In this document: positions 47,444-57,001 of the stretch, piece after piece | Layout of the letters: every line of letters starts with the position of its first letter | Position numbering within the stretch: position 1 is the stretch's first letter | Origin: Bacteroidales bacterium | GTDB taxonomy: Bacteria; Bacteroidota; Bacteroidia; Bacteroidales; VadinHA17 | Reading direction: 5' to 3' | DNA length: 64,000 bases | Assembly: GCA_046329885.1 (NCBI GenBank) | Contig: JAXLTU010000010.1 | Span: 23,734-87,733 of the forward strand | Notes under the pieces: model-generated | Databases searched by the model: none | What the model was told of the DNA's origin: nothing | What the model saw: the letters and a program-made list of their open reading frames with translations, nothing else | Made by a program: the position numbers and the translations under genes

Positions 47444-50400
47444 TTATAACCTTTCTACGGTAAAATGAATCGGAAGTTCCACGAAAAAGACTGAACCTTT
47501 TCCAGTTTCGGACTCGAACCAGACTCTCCCGTTCGCGGTCTCGGTGTAACGTTTGACAATTGACAGGCCCAGGCCCATACCTGACGATTTAGTCGTGAAG
47601 TTTGGCGTAAACAGGTTCTTCTTCAATTCCTCGGGTATCCCCGTGCCATTATCAGCAACTGAAATCACCACCTTGTCACCCTCGAGTTCAGTGTTTATCC
47701 TTATTATCCCTTCCTGACCCTGCGGCACAGACTGGATGGCGTTTTTAATCAGGTTGGAAAAGATACCGTTGAGATGTTCCTTGTCGGCGAACACGATTAT
47801 TTTTCTTTCATGAGGCCAGTTAACCCTGAATGTTGTATTATCGGTGTTTTTGAAAAGCTCGAGAGTTGTTTTCATCTGCTCGAGAAGGTCAACCTCCACG
47901 GGGTTGGCTGTTGGCATTTTAGCAAAGGATGAGAATGCTGATGCGATGGCCGAGAGAGTATCTATAAATTCTATCTGATTCTTCGTGAATCTTTCCAGTT
48001 TCTTTTCAAAACCCGGTATTCCATCCTTCCACGATTTGAATAATTGCTGAACGTTCAGCTTCATGGGGGTTAACGGGTTTTTGATCTCGTGAGCCACCTG
48101 CTTTGCCATTTCCCTCCATGCGTATTCTCTTTCCGAATTTGCAAGCTTTTCAGCACTCTCCTGCAGTTCGTCAACCATCCTGTTATACTGCTTGACCATG
48201 TCGCTGATCTCGTCATGGCCCGTGTATGAAAGATGCTTGCTTCTCTTTCCTAATTCCACTGATGCAAGACCTTCGCTGAGCATCCTTAATGGCGAGGTCA
48301 GCCTTCCACTAATAATAACGGCTATACTCATCGTGAAAACAATAAGAAGCAAGGTGAAATTCACAACGGCCACAATAACATTCGAGATATCTCTCGCGAG
48401 AACACTCTGCATCCTGAAATAAGGCAAATTGAGATACGCGAGAAGCTCATTCGATTTGTTATAAAACGGGACATAAGCCGACAGGTACTCGAGCGAAGCC
48501 ACTTTCTCCTTCTGAATGTACTCCGGCTTGGTAAGTGTCTCCAGATTGATGAAGGCATCCATGTTCAACCTTTTGCTGGTCAGGTCCCTGAAAAATATTT
48601 CCGGCCTGGATGTGGCCATGAGGTAACCCCTCTTGTCGTAGAGATTAATATCCGTGTTAAACACGTTAGAAAGCCTGATAAGCAGCTCGTTAAGAGTAGG
48701 ATCCGATTCATCTCGCCAGTCAGGAGTAATCTTCGGTTCAAGTGAAAATTTACCTTCTAGCTCTATGTAAACAGATCCTATCTTTTCCTTTATGTTCTCG
48801 AGGTGTCTCGACTGGTATTGACGAACACTGAACACGGCTACGAGTATCCCGACAGTAATAAAAGAAAAGAGCAGGATACCAATGAAAGCAATCTGAAGTT
48901 TCTGCCTGAAGTTGAACCACATGAGAGACTTCAGTGTTGGCCTGTTGAGGAAAATCACTATCAGGTTACTCACCAGGAGAGTGAGCGCGAATAAATAAGC
49001 AAAAGAGATCAGCACCTCCACGTTTGAAAGCCTTGGCTCACTGATTATAACAGTGATATTCCCGTTCTTGTAAAGCACATGCTTGAACGATTCCCTGTTA
49101 AAAACCCTGTAATCATTCATCTTCTCGACATACTCGTCATCAGTCTTGTTATATGGGAATTCCCCATTCTTGAAGACGAGAAAGCCATTTATGTATTTCG
49201 CGAAAGAATAGTTGCCCAGTTTCTCGTAGCCCTGGTATTTTTTATCAAGAAGGAGCTCGGAATAGCCAGCCTGAACTGCATCGACATTACTGTATAGCTC
49301 AAGAAATAAACCATTGATGTAAGTACCAGACAAGGGGTAAAATAACTGACCAACATAAAATGGCCGTCCCCACTGGTTATCTAGGAAATAGAAATCGGTA
49401 CCTGTCAGTTTCTGGCCATCCTTTTTAATCCTGTCATTAAAAAACTGGAAGCAGTTGTCGGCCATGGTTTCCTCGGAGGCAATAGTGAGTGTCCAGTCAT
49501 TCCTGCAGATCACAACGTTGAGGTTAAAATTGGCGAGATACCCGTTGAAGTAATTAGTCTGCAGATAACTATAAATCTTGTCAACATCACTCTGTTCCGA
49601 CATTTCAAGACTCAGCATTTTTCTTAGCACTGTATCCTGACTGAGTCTGGGCCACAGATCCAGAAGCTGGTGTTCAGCTTCCGGATCGTGTTCGCTGGAA
49701 TAAGCAACTGCCAGCACTTTCTTGTTTTCAATATTCTTCACCTCCGACAACTCCAGGATGAAATAAAGCGAGTAAAGTCCCGTGAGTAGCGATAGTACAA
49801 CTGTCATGTTGAACTTTCCAAGCCTTCCGGAGGCAGAAAGCCAGATAAGGATAATAACACTGAACGAGAATAACATGAGAACAATACCCTGATCAGGTCC
49901 CTTAACGGTAAAGGGTACAAACACAAGCAGGGAAAACAACGATGAGATCAGAACAGGAACAGGTTTAACTGAAGGATTGTTCCTGAACAGTGCAAACAGA
50001 TAAATCACAGGAAGTACGAGTAGCAGGAGTACTGAAAGGTAACCCGCGAAACTGTAGAATGACAGATCGAGAACCCTGAACGGTTCGAAGTTTATAGTTG
50101 TATTTGAAACAAGATCGGTAAAAACATAATTTGCCAGGGAAAGTAAAATATTAGCCGGGATAATCAGCAGTGTAAGGATTGAAAGAACTCGCGTGGAGCT
50201 ATCGCTCTTTAAAATCCTCGCCGGAAACTGCCTGAAGAGAATTGAAGAGAAGAAGGCAAGGAAAACTGCCAGTATCAGAAGGTTTCCGAGTGAAGGAATA
50301 AAAGAACCTCCCGAATAGAGATAAGGTGAAAAGAGCCCTGTCTGGTAGAAAGTGGCCGGTTTCCTGGTGAGTACTATAAAGGAATAACAAATTAAAGGGA

Positions 50401-51163
50401 TGGCAAAACCGGTTAAAACGGCAAGCATTCTCTTGCCACGACCCGAAATAAAAGTGGTCAGACGTTCCGTTAATACCAGCAGGAGGGCCAGGAAAATGAA
50501 CCAGAGAGCAAGTGGTATAATTATGAACCAGGAGGGCTGGCCTGATTCAGGGAAAACAAGTGAAAACAGGAATTTCCCACTCTGGTCCTGTATTGTGAAG
50601 TCCGATTTAGATTTATCGAGAGCCATGCCGGTTCCGTCAGGAACCTTAAAGTCGCTCACGAAACCATTCCTGACAAGATCGTTTTCGAAATCAAATTCAT
50701 TCCTGATCCTTAGAAGCGCTATCAGCCTTTCCTTATCGTCAGAGATTGATCTGGAAATGAACCAGCCATTATGTATGAAGACAAAAGGTTTCCCCAGGAT
50801 GTTTTCATCATATGCTTCCGGGACCGTGAAACTATTGTCGGACCAGTGGACCAGTTTGTTGTCGAGATAATACAGGATTGTTATATCCTCATGACGCATT
50901 ACTTCGAAAAGTTCGCTTTTTGAAATTGATCCTATGTCTTCCCCCTTGTCGAGGATTGCCTTCAGGCTGTTGAGGCAATCGTTCGTTAGCAGCTCCTTGC
51001 GTTCAAGCGTTTTGCTGAACAATTTTGTCCTGAACCTTTTCTCGAGATCACCTGAATAAACCGACTCGGCAATAACAGCAACAACAAGTGATACAATGGC
51101 AATGTAATAAAGCATCCTGCCCCTTGTAACAAAGTCGTATTTTGTTGCAGTGGAACTATTCAT
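47444..51163 (-). CDS. multi-domain membrane sensor histidine kinase (NtrY-like HAMP-HisKA-HATPase core)
   Basis: 1239 aa with about 12 predicted TM helices and three extracytoplasmic segments. It has a HAMP domain, the H-box AHEIKNPLTPM and N/G boxes (NLIKNAIQS, DNGTGIP, GMGLGLSIV). No response regulator gene is adjacent. Confidence 0.85.
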   Translation of the reverse strand: MNSSTATKYDFVTRGRMLYYIAIVSLVVAVIAESVYSGDLEKRFRTKLFSKTLERKELLTNDCLNSLKAILDKGEDIGSISKSELFEVMRHEDITILYYLDNKLVHWSDNSFTVPEAYDENILGKPFVFIHNGWFISRSISDDKERLIALLRIRNEFDFENDLVRNGFVSDFKVPDGTGMALDKSKSDFTIQDQSGKFLFSLVFPESGQPSWFIIIPLALWFIFLALLLVLTERLTTFISGRGKRMLAVLTGFAIPLICYSFIVLTRKPATFYQTGLFSPYLYSGGSFIPSLGNLLILAVFLAFFSSILFRQFPARILKSDSSTRVLSILTLLIIPANILLSLANYVFTDLVSNTTINFEPFRVLDLSFYSFAGYLSVLLLLVLPVIYLFALFRNNPSVKPVPVLISSLFSLLVFVPFTVKGPDQGIVLMLFSFSVIILIWLSASGRLGKFNMTVVLSLLTGLYSLYFILELSEVKNIENKKVLAVAYSSEHDPEAEHQLLDLWPRLSQDTVLRKMLSLEMSEQSDVDKIYSYLQTNYFNGYLANFNLNVVICRNDWTLTIASEETMADNCFQFFNDRIKKDGQKLTGTDFYFLDNQWGRPFYVGQLFYPLSGTYINGLFLELYSNVDAVQAGYSELLLDKKYQGYEKLGNYSFAKYINGFLVFKNGEFPYNKTDDEYVEKMNDYRVFNRESFKHVLYKNGNITVIISEPRLSNVEVLISFAYLFALTLLVSNLIVIFLNRPTLKSLMWFNFRQKLQIAFIGILLFSFITVGILVAVFSVRQYQSRHLENIKEKIGSVYIELEGKFSLEPKITPDWRDESDPTLNELLIRLSNVFNTDINLYDKRGYLMATSRPEIFFRDLTSKRLNMDAFINLETLTKPEYIQKEKVASLEYLSAYVPFYNKSNELLAYLNLPYFRMQSVLARDISNVIVAVVNFTLLLIVFTMSIAVIISGRLTSPLRMLSEGLASVELGKRSKHLSYTGHDEISDMVKQYNRMVDELQESAEKLANSEREYAWREMAKQVAHEIKNPLTPMKLNVQQLFKSWKDGIPGFEKKLERFTKNQIEFIDTLSAIASAFSSFAKMPTANPVEVDLLEQMKTTLELFKNTDNTTFRVNWPHERKIIVFADKEHLNGIFSNLIKNAIQSVPQGQEGIIRINTELEGDKVVISVADNGTGIPEELKKNLFTPNFTTKSSGMGLGLSIVKRYTETANGRVWFESETGKGSVFFVELPIHFTVERL

Positions 51164-51629
51164 GGTGGTAAGGATCTCCCTTGATAACGGTTAGTGCCCT
51201 GTATAATTGCTCCGCGAAAATCAGCCTCACTAACTGGTGTGAGAAAGTAAGTCTCGACATAGAAATTTTCAAATCTGTCCTGGCAGCAAACGTGGGAGAG
51301 AATCCCCAGGGGCCGCCAACGACGAAAACAATTCTCTTCTTCGAAAGGTTAAACATTTTCTGGAGCCTGTCGGCGAATTCAACAGTTGTGAATTCCTTGC
51401 CCTTTTCATCAAGGGCAATCACGTAATCATCGTTGTTAATGAGTCTCAACTGGGCCTCGGCTTCTCTTTCTTTCTGCTCATTCAATGGCATGTTACGGGC
51501 ATTCCTCAGTTCCGGGATTACCAGGATATCGAAAGGGATATACTTGCGAATCCGCACGGCATAGTCTTCAAAGCCGTCAGATATATATCCGGTATTTGTT
51601 TTCCCGGTCAGGATGAGTATTGTTTTCAT
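51156..51629 (-). CDS. rlmH: 23S rRNA (pseudouridine1915-N3)-methyltransferase RlmH
   Basis: The ATG at 51629 gives a 157-aa protein (MKTILILTGKT...); the ORF extends to 51716. The C-terminal signature is VVGGPWGFS...LTFSHQLVRLIFAEQLYRALTVIKGDPYHH. It overlaps the kinase start by 8 nt. Confidence 0.88.
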   Translation of the reverse strand: MKTILILTGKTNTGYISDGFEDYAVRIRKYIPFDILVIPELRNARNMPLNEQKEREAEAQLRLINNDDYVIALDEKGKEFTTVEFADRLQKMFNLSKKRIVFVVGGPWGFSPTFAARTDLKISMSRLTFSHQLVRLIFAEQLYRALTVIKGDPYHHE

Positions 51630-51831
51630 TAACAGGAGCGATGTTGACTGAAGACCAAGGCAAAAATAGTAATAAAGATTTCTAAAATAGGGCCTTCCTG
51701 CCGTGAAGATAGGCAAAAATATCAGTGTCGCGGGTTACATGCTGAGTTCAGTTGATAAAACGGCATGCTTTTAGTAAGGATATTTAATTACATTTGTGGT
51801 GATAACATACTGAAACCGGTTATACATTAAA

Positions 51832-52254
51832 ATGGGAAACATGATAAAAAGGGTTATTATTTTCCATATCATTCTGATAGCGGGCCTGTTATCTTTAAAC
51901 GCGCAGGATCAGCTCAGGATACCTGCCGGGATCACTCTGTCTCTCAAGACGGGCAATTCAGCCGAGCTTTCAAAATACTTTAACAGCACTGTTCAGGTCC
52001 TGCTCCTTGGAAAGGAAGATTTTTACAAGAAAAATGTCGCTGAAACAATACTACACGACTTTTTCATGCAGCATAAACCAGCCGACTTCGTGATAAGACA
52101 CCAGGGGCAGGGAGGAACAACTGATGCCCAATACGCCATCGGTAATCTCAAAACGGACAAGGGCGAATTCAGGGTCTATTTTCTTTTGAAGAAAGTCGGG
52201 CAGGATCTGCTGATTCACCAGATACGTATTGAGCCTGATGACGGGAAAAAATAA
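51832..52254 (+). CDS. DUF4783 domain-containing secreted protein
   Basis: 140 aa with a signal peptide. Typical DUF4783 strings are LKTGNSAELSKYF, ILHDFFMQHKP, AQYAIGNLKTDKGEFRVYFLLKK and IHQIRIE. Confidence 0.7.
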   Translation: MGNMIKRVIIFHIILIAGLLSLNAQDQLRIPAGITLSLKTGNSAELSKYFNSTVQVLLLGKEDFYKKNVAETILHDFFMQHKPADFVIRHQGQGGTTDAQYAIGNLKTDKGEFRVYFLLKKVGQDLLIHQIRIEPDDGKK

Positions 52255-53089
52255 ACTCCGCGATTTAATCAAGATCTGGCTCGAAGAAGACCTTGGCGAT
52301 GGTGATCATACATCTCTCGCGACAATACCTGCTGACAGTCGAGGTAAAGCAAAACTGCTTGTAAAAGAAGAAGGTGTACTCGCTGGCGTTTCTGTTGCCA
52401 GGGAGGTTTTCCATATCGTCGACAGCGAAATAGAATTTATTCTTCTTCTTGGCGATGGTACCAAGGTAAAACCTGGTGATATTGCTTTTACAGTTTCAGG
52501 CCGAAGCAGGTCAATCTTGTCAGCTGAAAGACTTGTTCTGAACATCATGCAAAGGATGAGCGGTATCGCGACCTCGGCGAACACCTACAGCAGGGAACTG
52601 GATGGACTTAAAACAAAAATACTCGACACCAGGAAGACCGGACCCGGCATGCGCCTCCTCGAAAAGGAAGCCGTGAGGATCGGTGGTGGAGAGAACCATC
52701 GGATGGGCCTGTACGACATGATAATGATCAAGGACAATCATATTGACTTCGCGGGAGGAATTGCAAATGCAATCCGCAGAACAGTAGAGTACCTTGACCG
52801 TTCAGGTAAAAAACTCCGGATCGAGATCGAGGCACGTAACCTGCAAGATGTAATTGAAATAATGAAAATTGGTGGTGTCGACAGGATCATGCTTGATAAT
52901 TTCAGTCCAGCCGATACCCGTGAAGCCGTTGAAATTATAGGCGGGAAGTATGAGACTGAATCTTCTGGCGGAATAACACTCGCTAATATCAGGGAATATG
53001 CCGGGTGCGGTGTGGATTACATCTCGGTTGGTGCACTGACACATCATGTTAAAAGTCTTGATCTCAGTCTAAAAGCTATAAAGGATTGA
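52238..53089 (+). CDS. nadC: nicotinate-nucleotide diphosphorylase (carboxylating), i.e. quinolinate phosphoribosyltransferase
   Basis: Starts at ATG 52238; the ORF opens at TTG 52229. Motifs are EDLGDGDHTS, ERLVLNIMQRMSGIAT, ILDTRKTGPGMRLLEKEAVRIGGGENHR and IMIKDNHI. Confidence 0.9.
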   Translation: MTGKNKLRDLIKIWLEEDLGDGDHTSLATIPADSRGKAKLLVKEEGVLAGVSVAREVFHIVDSEIEFILLLGDGTKVKPGDIAFTVSGRSRSILSAERLVLNIMQRMSGIATSANTYSRELDGLKTKILDTRKTGPGMRLLEKEAVRIGGGENHRMGLYDMIMIKDNHIDFAGGIANAIRRTVEYLDRSGKKLRIEIEARNLQDVIEIMKIGGVDRIMLDNFSPADTREAVEIIGGKYETESSGGITLANIREYAGCGVDYISVGALTHHVKSLDLSLKAIKD

Positions 53090-53092
53090 CAG

Positions 53093-54040
53093 ATGAAAAG
53101 CGTACAGGCAGGCAACCTGAAGAATAAGCTTTATTCGATTGTTTTGCCCGGCTTCGGGGGCGTTCCGGTGGCCAGTGTCGCTAAATTTGTAATCAAGGGG
53201 TTTGGAAGAGGCGTGCTGGTGACAAGGGCATCTTCCATAGCTTTCAATCTCCTTATGGCATTGTTGCCCGCTTCTATCTTCGTATTCACTCTCATCCCCT
53301 TCGTCCCTATACCAAACTTTCAGCACGAACTGATAAAGCTGTTCGAGAGCATCATACCATCAGAAGCCTACTCCCTTCTTGAAGCCACGATAATAGACGT
53401 GATTACGAGGAAAAGCGGAGGTCTGCTCGTGTTCATGTTTTTTGCCACTTTGATCTTCTCCACTAATGGCATACATGCACTCATTCACGCGTTTGTAGTA
53501 TCGGCTCACGATTTCAGGGCCAGGACCTGGCTGGCACAAAGAAAAATATCCCTGGTACTTCTGATTATTATGATCGGCATGATCGCATCGGCAGGTGCCA
53601 TGATAATCTTCGGCAAAATGGCCTTCAACAGGCTTCTCGAGATGAAACTGGTTGAAAAGAACATTATTACCTATCTCATTCTTACCCTTAAATGGTTAGT
53701 GATTATCCTGCTGCTATTTCTCGCTATATCGTTCTTGTACTGGCTGGCCCCCGCTAAAAGGTCTGATTTCAGATTCATATCACCCGGTTCGATACTGGCA
53801 ACCTGCCTCTTCGTGCTTACATCGCTGGGCTTCTCGGCTTATGTCAATAACTACGGGCAATACAACAAGTTATACGGGTCAATAGGCACCCTGATGGTAA
53901 TAATGGTATGGCTATACCTAAACTCGATTGCACTGCTTATCGGATTTGAATTGAATGTCAGCATCAAGGCGGCAAATGCCGAGAGTCATCTGAATAACTC
54001 CATCAACTGCAATGGAGATACATCTCCACAAGTTTCCTGA
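53093..54040 (+). CDS. YihY/BrkB-family membrane protein
   Basis: 315 aa with 6 TM segments. The family pattern is AFNLLMALLPASIFVFTLIPF and YGSIGTLMVIMVWLYLNSIALLIGFELN. Confidence 0.8.
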   Translation: MKSVQAGNLKNKLYSIVLPGFGGVPVASVAKFVIKGFGRGVLVTRASSIAFNLLMALLPASIFVFTLIPFVPIPNFQHELIKLFESIIPSEAYSLLEATIIDVITRKSGGLLVFMFFATLIFSTNGIHALIHAFVVSAHDFRARTWLAQRKISLVLLIIMIGMIASAGAMIIFGKMAFNRLLEMKLVEKNIITYLILTLKWLVIILLLFLAISFLYWLAPAKRSDFRFISPGSILATCLFVLTSLGFSAYVNNYGQYNKLYGSIGTLMVIMVWLYLNSIALLIGFELNVSIKAANAESHLNNSINCNGDTSPQVS

Positions 54041-55499
54041 TCTCGTCATTCTTGTTGAACAGACGCTGGCTCAGATCCTTGTCGTCGAAAGATTTCAGCC
54101 TTGTAACAACATTATCTATTACCCCTGCTGGAAAAACCCCGTCGCGCTCGAAGTACTTCCTCTTTTCGAGCAGGCAGTCAGCCGATTCAAAACACGATGC
54201 CGGAAGTGACTCGAGATTGTTAGTCTTGTTCTTGAAGATATTATAGTCTACATATAACTTCGCGGCCATATCGAGAGCCCCATCCATTGTCAGGCCATGC
54301 TCCACCGCTATCACAAGGCCAGCAAAAAGTTTGTAAATATCCGCCGATCCATCGGGCGACCGAAGCTCGACGCTCTGCTTCGTCGGGTAATTAGATACAT
54401 CAAAGTTATCAAGAGGATTGGCATCCTTAATCATGTTAGTGGCACCGATCCACCCGAGCGGCACCCTTACAAGAACCGATCTGTTCCTGTCGCCCCAGCA
54501 TATACTGGTCGGGGCTTCCTGGTGAGGGACGAGCCTAAGGTAGGAAGTGGGGATAGTATTACCAAAGGCGGTCAGGGCCTTGGAAAGATCCAGTATCCCG
54601 GCAATCATCTTGCGGGCTGTATCGCTTAGTTTCCCGTCTTCAACCATGATATTCTTCCCATCTTTCTCGAGCATCATGTGTATATGCATGCCTGACCCCG
54701 CCTTGCCGACCGTGATCTTGGGAGCGAAGCTGATCTCAACACCATATTCGTATCCCAGCATTCTTAGTATCCATTTCGAGATGATGAGCTGGTCGACAGT
54801 CTCGTCTATTTCAACTGGCTGGAACTCTATTTCGTGCTGTTCGTAATCCTCTCCATCCTTCGTAAAACTACCAACCTCTGAATGGCCGTATTTGATCTTG
54901 CATCCTGCCCTGGCGCAAAGCTCCAGCGCTTCAACCCTCAGATCCTCGAACTTGGCAAATGGTTTTGACTGATGATAACCCTTCTGGTCGATGAGGGGGT
55001 ACAGATCATCCTTGAACGACTTCACGTAAAACTCAAGTTCTCCGAACGCTTTCATCTTCATCCCGGTAAGTTCCCTGAAACGGGTGTAAGCTTTCCTCAG
55101 GATATACTCCGGCGAGCTCTCGAGCGGCTTACCAGCGCTATTGTAAAAAGAGCAGAGTATTTCAAGCGTGGGCGTTTCCGTGAAAGGATTTACAAAGGCT
55201 GTCCTGAATTTGGGAATTATGTAAAGATCGCTCGAACCGGCTTCCACGAAAGAAAACAGACTTGAACCGTCAACCCTTTCCCCTGTCGACAGGATCGATT
55301 CGAGATGCTCTCTCGAATATGGCACGAAGTTCAAGACTTTCATCTTGCCATCTTCAGCTATATACCTGAAATTCAACATGGTGATACCACGCGCTTCCAT
55401 GAATCGCATTATATCATCTCGCGTGAACTCGATGGCGGGTTTCTTCAGAAACTGCACGAGCTCGTTCGGGTTCATCAAAATCTCGTTATTCTTCATCAC
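54003..55499 (-). CDS. glnA: glutamine synthetase family protein
   Basis: 498 aa. The ATP-binding signature is KAGSGMHIHMML. It shows the beta-grasp N-domain plus catalytic domain layout. Its 3' end overlaps the convergent yihY by 38 nt. Confidence 0.8.
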   Translation of the reverse strand: MMKNNEILMNPNELVQFLKKPAIEFTRDDIMRFMEARGITMLNFRYIAEDGKMKVLNFVPYSREHLESILSTGERVDGSSLFSFVEAGSSDLYIIPKFRTAFVNPFTETPTLEILCSFYNSAGKPLESSPEYILRKAYTRFRELTGMKMKAFGELEFYVKSFKDDLYPLIDQKGYHQSKPFAKFEDLRVEALELCARAGCKIKYGHSEVGSFTKDGEDYEQHEIEFQPVEIDETVDQLIISKWILRMLGYEYGVEISFAPKITVGKAGSGMHIHMMLEKDGKNIMVEDGKLSDTARKMIAGILDLSKALTAFGNTIPTSYLRLVPHQEAPTSICWGDRNRSVLVRVPLGWIGATNMIKDANPLDNFDVSNYPTKQSVELRSPDGSADIYKLFAGLVIAVEHGLTMDGALDMAAKLYVDYNIFKNKTNNLESLPASCFESADCLLEKRKYFERDGVFPAGVIDNVVTRLKSFDDKDLSQRLFNKNDEIRKLVEMYLHCS

Positions 55500-55655
55500 G
55501 TGGTTATTATCCGGTCAAAAATAAATATTTAACAATTCTAACCAAATGCGCTTTATCAGGCTCTGATTTTTTTAATCTCCAAAGGGCTCCTGAAAATGTT
55601 GAAATATGTTAAAGTGAATAATTTTTGATTACATTTGGCAGTCAAAATCAACTCA

Positions 55656-56960
55656 ATGAGAATCTGGTCCATCCTGACTTTATTCCTGATCATTCTTGCC
55701 GGGTGTACCGATAAGGAAGCAAAGACCTACTTCACTTCCGAAAAAGCCGTTTACTATTTTGGGCAGGTGGAGAAACTCTGCAACGACGACGGTGGCAGGA
55801 TGTGGGGTAAACAGCTCTACGGGCCGATGATGTTCGTAGACAGACCCACGAGAAAGATTTTCGCCAACATGCCCGACAGGGATGGTCTGCTGAAACTGAA
55901 AGATGGTGTTTATACCGGCAGCTACCCGAGGGAACTGATCATTGACAATATTAATGTAGAGTATGGCGGCACCATGTACGGGATGGCGCCACTCCCACCC
56001 AGGGAAGACACTGCCAGAATAGTCATGCGTGCAATACACGGGCTCTTCCATGTGTACCAGAAAAACGAGGGATTTAATCCAACACCAGTTACAACCAAAC
56101 GACTTGACGAGAAGAACGCGAGGTTATGGCTCAAGCTCGAATTGAGAGCACTGCGCCAGGCTATTGACAGTTCTGAAGAGACAAGATCGCGGTCTATAAG
56201 GGATGCCCTGATTTTCAGGGGAGCCAGGAGGGAACTCGATCCACTTGAAATAAAGGACGAGAACCGATTCGAGTTTTACGAGGGACTGGCAACATTGACA
56301 TTCATCTCCCTTTACGATAATGACGACCTGGAGGTAAAGAAAAATCTCCATATCCAGTTCGACCGCATGTACTGGCAGCCAATTTTCTCGAGAACATATG
56401 GTTTTGCCAACGGGGCTGCTTATGGCTACCTCGCCACCAGGAAAGGTTATGACCTAAGGAGCATAAAAAGTGATACCACTGATCTGGCATTAATAGTTAA
56501 AGACTCTTACGCGATCAAGTTGCCCGAGCGTTGCCTTGATGTCGCGGGTAGTATAGCGATGAATTACGAACTTGACAGCATCTACAAGGAGGAGGAAAAA
56601 AGGATGACTGATATCAAGGAAAGAGTTCACAGGCAGATATCGGATTATACCGAGAAACCTGTCGTTTATCTCGAGCTCGAGAGTCCCTACTTCGACTTTG
56701 AACCGGAAGAAATACGAGCGTTGGATACCCTTGGCACCATTTATAACTCTATCAGAGTGGCTGACAATTGGGGTAAGCTAACCGTTGACAAGGGTGGTTG
56801 CCTGGTTTCGTTCAATCTGAAATCGATGAGAGTAAAGGCTAAAAACCTTCGCGAATCAAAGAATCACTATTATGGCGATGGCTGGCACCTGATACTTAAT
56901 TCAGACTGGGAAATAGTGAGGATCGACGAGAACTATTTCGTCAGAAAGCTAATGCCCTGA
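55656..56960 (+). CDS. hypothetical lipoprotein
   Basis: ATG 55656 gives the lipobox MRIWSILTLFLIILAGC; the ORF opens at TTG 55635. I recognised no family. It contains HGLFH and a later FYEGLA, reminiscent of a degenerate gluzincin HExxH...E arrangement. Confidence 0.55.
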   Translation: MRIWSILTLFLIILAGCTDKEAKTYFTSEKAVYYFGQVEKLCNDDGGRMWGKQLYGPMMFVDRPTRKIFANMPDRDGLLKLKDGVYTGSYPRELIIDNINVEYGGTMYGMAPLPPREDTARIVMRAIHGLFHVYQKNEGFNPTPVTTKRLDEKNARLWLKLELRALRQAIDSSEETRSRSIRDALIFRGARRELDPLEIKDENRFEFYEGLATLTFISLYDNDDLEVKKNLHIQFDRMYWQPIFSRTYGFANGAAYGYLATRKGYDLRSIKSDTTDLALIVKDSYAIKLPERCLDVAGSIAMNYELDSIYKEEEKRMTDIKERVHRQISDYTEKPVVYLELESPYFDFEPEEIRALDTLGTIYNSIRVADNWGKLTVDKGGCLVSFNLKSMRVKAKNLRESKNHYYGDGWHLILNSDWEIVRIDENYFVRKLMP

Positions 56961-57001
56961 AGAAACAGGTTCTACACATCGTCATCTCCCCATCTCACCT
57001 T

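Noticed and set aside
51630-51716. N-terminal 29-codon extension of the RlmH ORF
   Set aside because: The ATG at 51629 gives the canonical RlmH start (MKTILILTGKT) and the usual ~157-aa length. The extension is hydrophobic junk.
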